From contig JAIVFI010000040.1 in NCBI GenBank assembly GCA_025558095.1, positions 62,001 through 126,000 on the forward strand: 64,000 bases of DNA. The letters are read 5' to 3'. Shown piece by piece: positions 21,490-34,188 of this stretch. The stretch's first letter is position 1. Every line of letters starts with the position of its first letter. Position numbers and translations under genes: made by a program. This DNA comes from Hyaloraphidium curvatum SAG 235-1. Lineage: Eukaryota; Fungi; Monoblepharomycota. The notes below the pieces were generated by a model, which was given only the letters and a program-made list of their open reading frames with translations, had not been told where the DNA came from and searched no databases.

Positions 21490-23402
21490 TTGCGCGACGA
21501 GGACCATGTAACGGTCATAATTAAGTTCCTGCATAACCCAAACGTTCGGATTCTACGCTGCACAGCTACCTGCCGTACGCGATGATGGACGACCTCCTCG
21601 AGCGCGTGGCGCGACGCGGCGACGACGACTTCGATCTGGTGGTGCCGCAGTCGATCCTGATGCGCACCCAGCAGTTCTTTGAAGAGGACATTGACTCGCC
21701 CGATCACTTGCCCCCCCGCGCCGACGGTGGAGGAGCAATGCACATTTTAGCCCAGGCGCGTTCCGCTGGCCATGCAGGAAACGGGAACGCATGCCCCCGC
21801 GCGGCCCGCCGGCCCGGTCCCGCCCCGATCCGCTTGCGATTGGCGGTCCCCAACCCCGCCCGGTCTGCGAGAGATCTGACTCCACACACTTGCCGCCCGG
21901 CCTCGCAGCCCCGGCCCGCGAACCCGCCGGCACTGTTTCCCCCCGCGCTTCGCGCCCCTGGCCTCTCCCGATCGACGGGGGCCCCCCGGTCGCCCCCGTC
22001 GGGTGTGCGGGATCGGCGCCGGCTGTGCGGTCCCCTACAAACGGCCCCCGACCCTGACTCACCCTCCGAACCCCATCCTTCCCCGCCCGCGCTCCCCCGC
22101 CCGCCGATCCGAATCCGCAGGGCCGCACCGCCCGCCGCGCCGCACCGCACCGACTTGCCGACGGCCGCGCCGCCGCGTGTTTTCCCGCCCTGCCGATCCC
22201 CCACCCAAAAATTGCCGCCCGCCCGCGCGGAGCGGCGCACGGGGACCCCATCTGCGGCCCGGAAACCGGTGGATCGGGGGGACCGCACAATTTGCGCCTC
22301 TGCCGGGCGCATCGGCGTCTGGCGCTTGCCCGGGGCCGGGCGGACGCACCGGCATCCTCGTCGCCACAGCTTCCCGCCGCGCCACCGTCCGGCCGCGCGC
22401 TTTGCAACACGCTTCCCCTCGGGCAGAACCCCCCGGAACCGACCGACGCCGCCCGCCGATTTCGTCCGATGCGGCAGGTTGATGCACACGGCGACGGTCT
22501 CGATCGCGATCATGGGAACGATGGTTGCTCGGTAGTTTGCCGAGGTGAGCATGCGGCCCCGGCATGTGGCCGCGAGCTGGAAGTGCAGGCTGATGTAGAG
22601 CTCGTCAGCCAATGGGGGCAGCGGGGCGCCCCGCGAGGACGCCGCGGAGCAGCGATCGAGGAGGTCGGCGAGCTGAGGACTCTCGAACAGGATGTTGCCT
22701 AGAACGGTCGGTTCATTGCCCGCGCGTTGGCGGACAGGGGAAAGCAGCCAGCATGGAGTCCACGAGGCGCCTGCATGCCGCCCAGCCGCGGAAAAGTTCG
22801 GCCTCGCCCGGCACGCGGACTGCCCTTGCTCCGCTTGTCCACCGTCTCGGCCTTGTACGCCGCGACGCCGGGCAGGGTGAGAAGCGTGCCGTCCGCCGCG
22901 GCGCGGTCAATTTTCTCCCGTGCCAGCTCGACGATGCCTTCAAAGAGGCAGATTCTTTCCTGAAGCACGGACCGCTGCTTGACCCCGGCAAACGGTACCG
23001 CGCGGTCGACTGGCTGCTGCCGAACGGCAAGGAGCAGGGTGCGACCATCATCGCGGAGGCATGCTGCCACGACGCAGCGGTCCGATTCAATTCGAGCAGT
23101 CACTCTTCTGCACACCCCTAGAGACCCGAATCCACACTCGCTAGGTGAACATGAAAGTTGGCGCGCTGCCGAGTCGTCCATCTGGGCGATCGGGGTGGGG
23201 CCCAAGCAGCTGCGTTGGGAGCTCCGCCACGTCCACTTCCCGGCTGGCCGACAGCGTCACCGTATTGGAATTTGCAGATTCCGCACCAGAAGGATATCGG
23301 AAAATGCATGAGCACATGCTTGCAGGAAGATGCTTAGCCTCGGCCTGTGGTCTTGCCCCATCCACTTACACCTTTCTATCAAACCCTCTTGCTTCACAGG
23401 GC

Positions 23403-24230
23403 ATGTCGTCCCCCAATCGCCGCGTATCGTGCTTGGCGTGCGCGAAGGTGCACCTCAAGTGCGACCGGGCACCCGGAGTCTGCGGGCGCTGCGCTTTCCG
23501 GGCGGACCATTGCGTCTACCCAAGCAACTCCGCGCCGCAGCCGGGCGGCCACCCCCGGCTGCCGTCCGCCGACGGATCACAGCCAGCTCTCAAAGACCTG
23601 CAGACGCCTTCCCCAGCCGTCGGCCTCCTCGCCTGCTGCCCTTTGGGAAATGGGGGACCCTCTTCCTCCAGAGATCACACCCCAACTGCTGCGCCCGCCT
23701 CCCCGCCCCTTTTGGGGGCGAGCCCCCCTGCAATTTACTCTCTCCCCTTTACTGGGCAGGCGTTGCCCGTCTCCCCGAGCTCCTTCTCGCTGCTCGCTCC
23801 GGATGGCGTGCCAAAAGTCTCCGTCGTCGCACGTGATTCTTCAAGACATTCACTCTGTGCGCATCCGCACTCCGTGAAACATCGGCCTTCCCCCAATAAC
23901 TCTCCTGTGGAACCAGGTTCTGGCTCGACTGCGCCGACGCCGAACACCTCTGCCTCCCCTGCCACCTCCTCGTTGCCGCCCAACATGCCCGGCCCGTGCA
24001 CGACACCACCGGGAGCTTCCGGCTCCCCCGACCGCATGTCGCTCGCATTCCTCCTCTCCTATGACTACCCGCTCGGTTGCGGGCCTGGCGCGGGCTCGCT
24101 CGGCCCTTTGGGGCCCCAGGCGGGGACCGCCAAACAGCACCGAGCCGGCGGGACAGTGCACACCCGTTCCGCTCTTGACCCCGGAGGAGACACTCTGGCG
24201 CCGGATCGGATGGCGTCTGAACTCGGATGA
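23403..24230 (+). CDS. Zn(II)2Cys6 transcription factor ORF, copy 2
   Basis: Same zinc cluster as copy 1, several missense changes in the tail, TGA stop. Confidence 0.75.
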   Translation: MSSPNRRVSCLACAKVHLKCDRAPGVCGRCAFRADHCVYPSNSAPQPGGHPRLPSADGSQPALKDLQTPSPAVGLLACCPLGNGGPSSSRDHTPTAAPASPPLLGASPPAIYSLPFTGQALPVSPSSFSLLAPDGVPKVSVVARDSSRHSLCAHPHSVKHRPSPNNSPVEPGSGSTAPTPNTSASPATSSLPPNMPGPCTTPPGASGSPDRMSLAFLLSYDYPLGCGPGAGSLGPLGPQAGTAKQHRAGGTVHTRSALDPGGDTLAPDRMASELG

Positions 24231-24844
24231 ATCGTCGGGGGAGTCATCCGAGAGGCTCGTCAGGGGAGTCATCCCAAAGGAGTCATCCCCAGCCGAGTAG
24301 CCAAGCCGCGGACGGCGAAGAGGGCTTTCGGCCCACTGCTGTTCCAAGCACAGACCGTTGGATGCCGCAGCACAATCAATTGCCCTGTTGGCCTGTTGGA
24401 CGAAACCACCATCCGCACCAAGGACTGCTCGACGGAGGAGGTGGCAAGCCCGCACCTGATTTCGAGTTGGCCAGGGTTTAGGTTATGACGCATGGTGGCC
24501 CATCGCGCCGCCTAGTCGAGTCACAACTGACCTGCCAACGGATTCCGGGAGTGCCCAACCGGGCAAACGTCGCGGGAAGTATCAGAGCAGCCAACCGTGT
24601 ACACTGTGCGCGCCCTCGAGCCTTCGCGCGCCACATCGGACCGAAACGAACCCAGCGCGGCCCCGCCCCGCCAACGAGGGAGTGGGTCAGACCACGGCCC
24701 GACAAACAGAACAGACTGGGACGGCCAGGCGCATCGGAACGGCTTTTCGCGGCGATTTCCAGAAGCTCGACCGGGCAACCTCGGGCGCGGAGGCTTCGGC
24801 GCCGACGTGGGCCGCGTGAGACGGGACGCTGCTGTTCTCAGTAG

Positions 24845-26680
24845 CTGCGGCCGGCGGTGTCGGCGACGCGAACAGCGGGCCCTTCGACGTACGAGGACGC
24901 TATGGGGCCCGACCCGACGATCCTCCTGGCCCCGTGGCCAACGGCGCCCGAGACTCTGGCCGCACCGCGTTTCAACAACTCGCCGGGCAACGCAGCCCCG
25001 GACACCGGCCCCGAGGAGCCGTTCTCCCCCTCACCTGGGGTGTACGTGCATGTTTCGATCCCCATCACCGCCGTCGTCGGCCTCGTGCGCCACTTCTTCC
25101 GCACACACCCGCGCCTGCGCCTACTCCACGCGCGCCGCGTGTGCCGCGACTTTCCCCCGCGCCAGGCCGCGCTCTCGTGTCTCCTTCTGGACGCCGCGGG
25201 CAGCCTGGCACAGTCCATGGCCCGGGGCGACCCGGAACCGGCCCTGCAGGCGCACGTGCTGGACCCCGAGGGCCTCGAGATGCGGCTCTTTGCAGAGGCC
25301 GCGGGTGAGATCGAAGCGTGGCTGTTGGCAGACCCCGCGGAGAGAACTCCATTGGACGCCACCGAGTTCCTTGCGGCGCCCCTGATTATGCACGGGTGGG
25401 CCGAGCGGAGGGGGTTGTTCGACCTTGCCAAGACGCTGGAAGGTGTTTGTGCCTACGTCGCCGGGGTGGCCGTGGCCAGCGGCTCCACGTCGTCGTGGGA
25501 GACCGTCATGTGTTCGGCTCTTCGGGTCAGGAGCGTCGACGAGGTGCGGGCAGCTCCGCTGGCGCCCCATTGGGTTGCACTGTTGCGGGACGCGTGGACG
25601 GCGTACCACGAGTTCCAGGGGTGCCTCTTTGCGCTCGCCCGCATAGAAGCCGAGGCTGCGGCCCGCGACTCCCTGTCCACGAAGCGCGGCGACCCTACCG
25701 GACTCGATTTCCTCGTGGGGCACCTCCACACTATGCCTCCGGACGGCACGTGGCGCCTCTCCTTTCAGGACGCGTTCGACCCCAGGTTCGCGGACCATAG
25801 ACCCTCTCACGTTGCTCCCCTCCTCGCCTGGATCGGCGTTGCTCCCCCCCGCCCGTCTCTCCCCGCACAGCTCTCCACCCCGGACGTCGCCTTCCTGCTT
25901 CTCGCGCGCACCCGCCTCCTCCTCGACGCTCTGCACGCCGCCGCCGCCTCCTCCTCCTCCTGCTTACCCTACCCCGATCTCGACGACTGCAACGAATCCA
26001 AATCAGGTGACGAGATGCACAGCAGTGCGTCCTTCACCTGCGACGTTGAACGGCGCCGCCGCGGGCTGCTCGTCTCCGTGCGGTCGCTCCACGCTCTGCT
26101 CGCCAATGAGGCGGAGGAATGCGCCCGCGCGGTTCTGGCCGGCGCTTGGATGGAGCTCGAGACACCGTGCGGGGAAGTGTTTATTCGAGGGAGGGTGCAC
26201 GCCGGGTTCATCGAGGGGCTGGCAGACAAGGTTGCGTCCGCGGAGGGCGGCGGAGTGATGCTGGGCGAGGTTTGTTTCTCCTGCATGACGGGCGTGCGTT
26301 GGGCACCGGCGTGCTGACCGCAGACCCGCACGCAGATCCTCGAAGCGATTGCCGCCCTCCGTGCGCGATCGATTGCTACCCGCCGTCTCCCCGGCCCGCT
26401 GCATGGCCCCGCGCTGCTCTGCATCTCCCTCTTGCACGTATCTTTGCACCAGCGGGTGCTCGTCCGCGGCGGGCCGCCGGATGTGCACGCGACGGTGCTG
26501 CGGCAGCTTGCCGCGTGCGCGTCGCTGCTGCCCACGGACGGTGGGGACACGGTACTAGCGTGGGCCAAGGTGCTGGTGTCGGGCGTTCTCAAGAATGTGG
26601 GGTTGGGGGAAGCGGCTGGGGACGGGGGCTTGAGGACGGGGGAGGTGGCGGCCCTGCGCGAATGGTTGCGATGCATGTGA
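24845..26680 (+). CDS. Helical uncharacterised protein or TF C-terminal region, copy 2
   Basis: Translation identical to copy 1. Confidence 0.6.
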
Positions 26681-28593
26681 TTGCGCGACGAGGACCATGT
26701 AACGGTCATAATTAAGTTCCTGCATAACCCAAACGTTCGGATTCTACGCTGCACAGCTACCTGCCGTACGCGATGATGGACGACCTCCTCGAGCGCGTGG
26801 CGCGACGCGGCGACGACGACTTCGATCTGGTGGTGCCGCAGTCGATCCTGATGCGCACCCAGCAGTTCTTTGAAGAGGACATTGACTCGCCCGATCACTT
26901 GCCCCCCCGCGCCGACGGTGGAGGAGCAATGCACATTTTAGCCCAGGCGCGTTCCGCTGGCCATGCAGGAAACGGGAACGCATGCCCCCGCGCGGCCCGC
27001 CGGCCCGGTCCCGCCCCGATCCGCTTGCGATTGGCGGTCCCCAACCCCGCCCGGTCTGCGAGAGATCTGACTCCACACACTTGCCGCCCGGCCTCGCAGC
27101 CCCGGCCCGCGAACCCGCCGGCACTGTTTCCCCCCGCGCTTCGCGCCCCTGGCCTCTCCCGATCGACGGGGGCCCCCCGGTCGCCCCCGTCGGGTGTGCG
27201 GGATCGGCGCCGGCTGTGCGGTCCCCTACAAACGGCCCCCGACCCTGACTCACCCTCCGAACCCCATCCTTCCCCGCCCGCGCTCCCCCGCCCGCCGATC
27301 CGAATCCGCAGGGCCGCACCGCCCGCCGCGCCGCACCGCACCGACTTGCCGACGGCCGCGCCGCCGCGTGTTTTCCCGCCCTGCCGATCCCCCACCCAAA
27401 AATTGCCGCCCGCCCGCGCGGAGCGGCGCACGGGGACCCCATCTGCGGCCCGGAAACCGGTGGATCGGGGGGACCGCACAATTTGCGCCTCTGCCGGGCG
27501 CATCGGCGTCTGGCGCTTGCCCGGGGCCGGGCGGACGCACCGGCATCCTCGTCGCCACAGCTTCCCGCCGCGCCACCGTCCGGCCGCGCGCTTTGCAACA
27601 CGCTTCCCCTCGGGCAGAACCCCCCGGAACCGACCGACGCCGCCCGCCGATTTCGTCCGATGCGGCAGGTTGATGCACACGGCGACGGTCTCGATCGCGA
27701 TCATGGGAACGATGGTTGCTCGGTAGTTTGCCGAGGTGAGCATGCGGCCCCGGCATGTGGCCGCGAGCTGGAAGTGCAGGCTGATGTAGAGCTCGTCAGC
27801 CAATGGGGGCAGCGGGGCGCCCCGCGAGGACGCCGCGGAGCAGCGATCGAGGAGGTCGGCGAGCTGAGGACTCTCGAACAGGATGTTGCCTAGAACGGTC
27901 GGTTCATTGCCCGCGCGTTGGCGGACAGGGGAAAGCAGCCAGCATGGAGTCCACGAGGCGCCTGCATGCCGCCCAGCCGCGGAAAAGTTCGGCCTCGCCC
28001 GGCACGCGGACTGCCCTTGCTCCGCTTGTCCACCGTCTCGGCCTTGTACGCCGCGACGCCGGGCAGGGTGAGAAGCGTGCCGTCCGCCGCGGCGCGGTCA
28101 ATTTTCTCCCGTGCCAGCTCGACGATGCCTTCAAAGAGGCAGATTCTTTCCTGAAGCACGGACCGCTGCTTGACCCCGGCAAACGGTACCGCGCGGTCGA
28201 CTGGCTGCTGCCGAACGGCAAGGAGCAGGGTGCGACCATCATCGCGGAGGCATGCTGCCACGACGCAGCGGTCCGATTCAATTCGAGCAGTCACTCTTCT
28301 GCACACCCCTAGAGACCCGAATCCACACTCGCTAGGTGAACATGAAAGTTGGCGCGCTGCCGAGTCGTCCATCTGGGCGATCGGGGTGGGGCCCAAGCAG
28401 CTGCGTTGGGAGCTCCGCCACGTCCACTTCCCGGCTGGCCGACAGCGTCACCGTATTGGAATTTGCAGATTCCGCACCAGAAGGATATCGGAAAATGCAT
28501 GAGCACATGCTTGCAGGAAGATGCTTAGCCTCGGCCTGTGGTCTTGCCCCATCTACTTACACCTTTCTATCAAACCCTCTTGCTTCACAGGGC

Positions 28594-29259
28594 ATGTCGT
28601 CCCCCAATCGCCGCGTATCGTGCTTGGCGTGCGCGAAGGTGCACCTCAAGTGCGACCGGGCACCCGGAGTCTGCGGGCGCTGCGCTTTCCGGGCGGACCA
28701 TTGCGTCTACCCAAGCAACTCCGCGCCGCAGCCGGGCGGCCACCCCCGGCTGCCGTCCGCCGACGGATCACAGCCAGCTCTCAAAGACCTGCAGACGCCT
28801 TCCCCAGCCGTCGGCCTCCTCGCCTGCTGCCCTTTGGGAAATGGGGGACCCTCTTCCTCCAGAGATCACACCCCAACTGCTGCGCCCGCCTCCCCGCCCC
28901 TTTTGGGGGCGAGCCCCCCTGCAATTTACTCTCTCCCCTTTACTGGGCAGGCGTTGCCCGTCTCCCCGAGCTCCTTCTCGCTGCTCGCTCCGGATGGCGT
29001 GCCAAAAGTCTCCGTCGTCGCACATGATTCTTCAAGACATTCACTCTGTGCGCATCCGCACTCCGTGAAACATCGGCCTTCCCCCAATCACTCTCCTGTG
29101 GAACCAGGTTCTGGCTCGACTGCGCCGACGCCGAACACCCCTGCCTCCCCTGCCACCTCCTCGTTGCCGCCCAACATGCCCGGCCCGTGCACGACACCAC
29201 CGGGTCCTTCCGGCTCCCCCGACCGCATGTCGCTCGCATTCCTCCTCTCCTATGACTAG
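28594..29259 (+). pseudogene. Zn(II)2Cys6 TF ORF, copy 3, truncated by a premature TAG and a downstream 4-bp deletion
   Basis: tat gac TAG at 29257-29259 (TCG in copy 1, TAC in copy 2); deletion near 29339. Confidence 0.65.
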
Positions 29260-30031
29260 CCGCTCGGTTGCGGGCCTGGCGCGGGCTCGCTCGGCCCTTT
29301 GGGGCCCCAGGCGGGGACCGCCAAACAGCACGGAGCCGGACAGTGCACACCCGTTCCGCTCTTGACCCCGGAGGAGACACTCTGGCGCCGGATCGGATGG
29401 CGTCTGAACTCGGATAAATCGTCGGGGGAGTCATCCGAGAGGCTCGTCAGGGGAGTCATCCCAAAGGAGTCATCCCCAGCCGAGTAGCCAAGCCGCGGAC
29501 GGCGAAGAGGGCTTTCGGCCCACTGCTGTTCCAAGCACAGACCGTTGGATGCCGCAGCACAATCAATTGCCCTGTTGGCCTGTTGGACGAAACCACCATC
29601 CGCACCAAGGACTGCTCGACGGAGGAGGTGGCAAGCCCGCACCTGATTTCGAGTTGGCCAGGGTTTAGGTTATGACGCATGGTGGCCCATCGCGCCGCCT
29701 AGTCGAGTCACAACTGACCTGCCAACGGATTCCGGGAGTGCCCAACCGGGCAAACGTCGCGGGAAGTATCAGAGCAGCCAACCGTGTACACTGTGCGCGC
29801 CCTCGAGCCTTCGCGCGCCACATCGGACCGAAACGAACCCAGCGCGGCCCCGCCCCGCCAACGAGGGAGTGGGTCAGACCACGGCCCGACAAACAGAACA
29901 GACTGGGACGGCCAGGCGCATCGGAACGGCTTTTCGCGGCGATTTCCAGAAGCTCGACCGGGCAACCTCGGGCGCGGAGGCTTCGGCGCCGACGTGGGCC
30001 GCGTGAGACGGGACGCTGCTGTTCTCAGTAG

Positions 30032-31867
30032 CTGCGGCCGGCGGTGTCGGCGACGCGAACAGCGGGCCCTTCGACGTACGAGGACGCTATGGGGCCCGAC
30101 CCGACGATCCTCCTGGCCCCGTGGCCAACGGCGCCCGAGACTCTGGCCGCACCGCGTTTCAACAACTCGCCGGGCAACGCAGCCCCGGACACCGGCCCCG
30201 AGGAGCCGTTCTCCCCCTCACCTGGGGTGTACGTGCATGTTTCGATCCCCATCACCGCCGTCGTCGGCCTCGTGCGCCACTTCTTCCGCACACACCCGCG
30301 CCTGCGCCTACTCCACGCGCGCCGCGTGTGCCGCGACTTTCCCCCGCGCCAGGCCGCGCTCTCGTGTCTCCTTCTGGACGCCGCGGGCAGCCTGGCACAG
30401 TCCATGGCCCGGGGCGACCCGGAACCGGCCCTGCAGGCGCACGTGCTGGACCCCGAGGGCCTCGAGATGCGGCTCTTTGCAGAGGCCGCGGGTGAGATCG
30501 AAGCGTGGCTGTTGGCAGACCCCGCGGAGAGAACTCCATTGGACGCCACCGAGTTCCTTGCGGCGCCCCTGATTATGCACGGGTGGGCCGAGCGGAGGGG
30601 GTTGTTCGACCTTGCCAAGACGCTGGAAGGTGTTTGTGCCTACGTCGCCGGGGTGGCCGTGGCCAGCGGCTCCACGTCGTCGTGGGAGACCGTCATGTGT
30701 TCGGCTCTTCGGGTCAGGAGCGTCGACGAGGTGCGGGCAGCTCCGCTGGCGCCCCATTGGGTTGCACTGTTGCGGGACGCGTGGACGGCGTACCACGAGT
30801 TCCAGGGGTGCCTCTTTGCGCTCGCCCGCATAGAAGCCGAGGCTGCGGCCCGCGACTCCCTGTCCACGAAGCGCGGCGACCCTACCGGACTCGATTTCCT
30901 CGTGGGGCACCTCCACACTATGCCTCCGGACGGCACGTGGCGCCTCTCCTTTCAGGACGCGTTCGACCCCAGGTTCGCGGACCATAGACCCTCTCACGTT
31001 GCTCCCCTCCTCGCCTGGATCGGCGTTGCTCCCCCCCGCCCGTCTCTCCCCGCACAGCTCTCCACCCCGGACGTCGCCTTCCTGCTTCTCGCGCGCACCC
31101 GCCTCCTCCTCGACGCTCTGCACGCCGCCGCCGCCTCCTCCTCCTCCTGCTTACCCTACCCCGATCTCGACGACTGCAACGAATCCAAATCAGGTGACGA
31201 GATGCACAGCAGTGCGTCCTTCACCTGCGACGTTGAACGGCGCCGCCGCGGGCTGCTCGTCTCCGTGCGGTCGCTCCACGCTCTGCTCGCCAATGAGGCG
31301 GAGGAATGCGCCCGCGCGGTTCTGGCCGGCGCTTGGATGGAGCTCGAGACACCGTGCGGGGAAGTGTTTATTCGAGGGAGGGTGCACGCCGGGTTCATCG
31401 AGGGGCTGGCAGACAAGGTTGCGTCCGCGGAGGGCGGCGGAGTGATGCTGGGCGAGGTTTGTTTCTCCTGCATGACGGGCGTGCGTTGGGCACCGGCGTG
31501 CTGACCGCAGACCCGCACGCAGATCCTCGAAGCGATTGCCGCCCTCCGTGCGCGATCGATTGCTACCCGCCGTCTCCCCGGCCCGCTGCATGGCCCCGCG
31601 CTGCTCTGCATCTCCCTCTTGCACGTATCTTTGCACCAGCGGGTGCTCGTCCGCGGCGGGCCGCCGGATGTGCACGCGACGGTGCTGCGGCAGCTTGCCG
31701 CGTGCGCGTCGCTGCTGCCCACGGACGGTGGGGACACGGTACTAGCGTGGGCCAAGGTGCTGGTGTCGGGCGTTCTCAAGAATGTGGGGTTGGGGGAAGC
31801 GGCTGGGGACGGGGGCTTGAGGACGGGGGAGGTGGCGGCCCTGCGCGAATGGTTGCGATGCATGTGA
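30032..31867 (+). CDS. Helical uncharacterised protein or TF C-terminal region, copy 3
   Basis: Translation identical to copies 1 and 2. Confidence 0.6.
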
Positions 31868-31959
31868 TTGCGCGACGAGGACCATGTAACGGTCATAATT
31901 AAGTTCCTGCATAACCCAAACGTTCGGATTCTACGCTGCACAGCTACCTGCCGTACGCG

Positions 31960-32316
31960 ATGATGGACGACCTCCTCGAGCGCGTGGCGCGACGCGGCGA
32001 CGACGACTTCGATCTGGTGGTGCCGCAGTCGATCCTGATGCGCACCCAGCAGTTCTTTGAAGAGGACATTGACTCGCCCGATCACTTGCCCCCCCGCGCC
32101 GACGGTGGAGGAGCAATGCACATTTTAGCCCAGGCGCGTTCCGCTGGCCATGCAGGAAACGGGAACGAGCCGCAGAATAGTCCCGGATTAGAAGGAAGTG
32201 GGAAGTCGGCAGCAAACAGTAGAAGGGGCCACCTTCGGGAGCGCGCATTTGTCCTTCAATTGGAGCGGGAACTCCGGCACCGCGGCTGTGAGCATTACAT
32301 TGCTGCTGAGTCATAA
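31960..32316 (+). CDS. Small hypothetical protein (118 aa) spanning the right end of the triplication
   Basis: MMDDLLERVARRGDDDFDLVVPQSILMRTQQFFEED... looks coding. Its 5' part is duplicated at 21582 and 26773. Confidence 0.35.
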   Translation: MMDDLLERVARRGDDDFDLVVPQSILMRTQQFFEEDIDSPDHLPPRADGGGAMHILAQARSAGHAGNGNEPQNSPGLEGSGKSAANSRRGHLRERAFVLQLERELRHRGCEHYIAAES

Positions 32317-32598
32317 TACAATGGATAACGGCGCGGAATCCGTGCAGGGGACGCCGCGGCTAGGCCGGACGTCATGGGAATGAGGCCGGGGGGGGTATTG
32401 CACGGGAGTACGCTCTAGTGGGAACTCAGTCTCCGCGCTCTTGAGCTTCATCTGCCTTCTGTGGCAAAGATGGTATGGATGCCGGCATCGGAATGCGTGC
32501 AGGGGGCACGTCTCGATTAGAGGAAATCGGGGAGCACGGACGAACTGGAGCACGGACGGGCCCGGCATCCCTCGCGGCGCGCTCGCGCCTCCCGCGAA

Positions 32599-34188
32599 AT
32601 GGCGCCCGTGCTCTCCGCCGAGGACTGGCTCGTTTTATTCCCCGAGGCGCCGTCGGGCGCCGACGACGCCGCGGGCCCGCGCGGCTACGACCCGGCGGCA
32701 CCGCTGAGGGAGACGCGGCCGCTGTCCCCCGCCGTGCTGGTCGGGCTGCTCCGGCGGGCGCCGCTGGCGGCCGCCTCACTGCGCGTGCAGTTGCTCCTCG
32801 CGCCCGTCGCGCGGCGCGCTCTGCAGCCCGCGCTTGCGCTCAGCGGCGTGCTCATTCCGGTCTACGGGATCGCCCCGGTCGCGTACTGCAACGACGGGAG
32901 CTTCGGGACAAAGCAGATCGTCGTGGCCGGTGTCTGTTTCCTCGTGAGCGCGCTGGCGGATTTCGGGTCGCTGCTGGCGATGCCGGGCTATCTGGAGCGC
33001 TACCTGGGCGGCTATGTGCTGGACCGGCCGGCTTTGGACCACCACCGCTTCGCGCTGGCGGGCCGCTATTTCGACGCCATCGGAAGGAAGGCGGCCGACG
33101 TCGGCGTCGGGGCCGAAAACGGGGATGGTCTTGCCCACACGACCCAGCAGGCGCCCTGGACAAGCAAACTGGTCGCGCACGACGCGTCGGACGCGCTCTG
33201 TCCGTGCCCGCTCAAGTCTTGCGGGGGCTCCCTGGCGTCGCGTCTCGGCCTGAGCATCTGGTTGCAGTTGGCCTACATCTGGATGACCAACGCTGCATTC
33301 CTGATGTTCCTACTAGTTTTTACGAGCTTGTTTACGCTTCGTTCCTGCACCTTCTCCACGCCCTGGATCATCGCGGTGTTTACAGTACACGCGCTGAGCT
33401 TTACGACGAGCATTTGGCTCCTCGCGGCGATGTCATATGCCCCAGATCTTGCTTCCCTCGGGCTCCAAGCCAGGCTGCTGCACCGGGGTGCAAACCTGTG
33501 TTTGGACCACATCCTGGAGCCCTTCCGAGCCGCTGTCGTCCAGGAAGACTCCGACAAATCAGTGACAGACACCGAACCCGATGTGCCTGCAACAGCACGG
33601 TCGGACGCGGCCGACGAGGTCCAATACCGCTCCGCCGTGATCGAACTGTGCGCGCTGCACCGCGCAGCCGCAGCGGACCTCTCCGCCGGCCCGTTCCTCT
33701 ACGTGCAAACCAACGCCGTGGCCGTCTACATCGCCGGAGCGGTCGTCTGCGGCGCCCTGGAGATCTTTGCGGCGGGCTGTCTCCCCATGAGCGCCGTCGG
33801 ACCCCTCCTCTACATCCTCCTGTGCGCGAACCTCATGGACCTGCTCAACCTGGCGCTGTGGAACGGGACGATCACGCTGGTCCTGGACGCCTACACCCGC
33901 GCGCGCGACGAGATCCGGTACCTCTCCGCGTGCGGCCACGCGCTGCGCGGCCCGCGCGGGGCGGCGTTCCGCGCCGTCCAGGCCCCGGAACTGGCGTCCC
34001 TCGACGCGCTGCTGGGGAGCTTCCTCGAGCTCGGCAGGCACCGCGCGCGGATCGCCGGGTTCGCGGTGACTTCGGGGGTCGTGAGGAGCTACCTTGCGAC
34101 GGTGCTCACGTTGGGATTGGGATTGGCGAGCGTGCTGCATAATTTCGGTGTGCTGATCACGGTGCAGTCGGTATGCCCGGTGCACTGA
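32599..34188 (+). CDS. Seven-transmembrane protein, gustatory-receptor-like/7TMIC candidate, intronless, 529 aa
   Basis: About 7 hydrophobic helices, a long loop between TM4 and TM5, CPCPLKSC motif, C-terminal RIAGFAVTSGVVRSYLATVLTL..SVCP. Confidence 0.7.
   Translation: MAPVLSAEDWLVLFPEAPSGADDAAGPRGYDPAAPLRETRPLSPAVLVGLLRRAPLAAASLRVQLLLAPVARRALQPALALSGVLIPVYGIAPVAYCNDGSFGTKQIVVAGVCFLVSALADFGSLLAMPGYLERYLGGYVLDRPALDHHRFALAGRYFDAIGRKAADVGVGAENGDGLAHTTQQAPWTSKLVAHDASDALCPCPLKSCGGSLASRLGLSIWLQLAYIWMTNAAFLMFLLVFTSLFTLRSCTFSTPWIIAVFTVHALSFTTSIWLLAAMSYAPDLASLGLQARLLHRGANLCLDHILEPFRAAVVQEDSDKSVTDTEPDVPATARSDAADEVQYRSAVIELCALHRAAAADLSAGPFLYVQTNAVAVYIAGAVVCGALEIFAAGCLPMSAVGPLLYILLCANLMDLLNLALWNGTITLVLDAYTRARDEIRYLSACGHALRGPRGAAFRAVQAPELASLDALLGSFLELGRHRARIAGFAVTSGVVRSYLATVLTLGLGLASVLHNFGVLITVQSVCPVH

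Larger units (their letters stand above)
16598..32167. repeat. Head-to-tail tandem triplication: units 16598-21788, 21789-26979, 26980-32166 (5191, 5191, 5187 bp)
   Basis: ORF sets recur at +5191 (e.g. 19666/24857/30044). Junction gggaacG|catgccccc shares only 1 bp of microhomology. Unit 3 has a 4-bp deletion near 29339. Confidence 0.97.

Noticed and set aside
16598-32167. Triplicated unit as an LTR or DNA transposon array
   Set aside because: No LTRs, TIRs, target-site duplication or recognisable RT, integrase or transposase motifs were seen.
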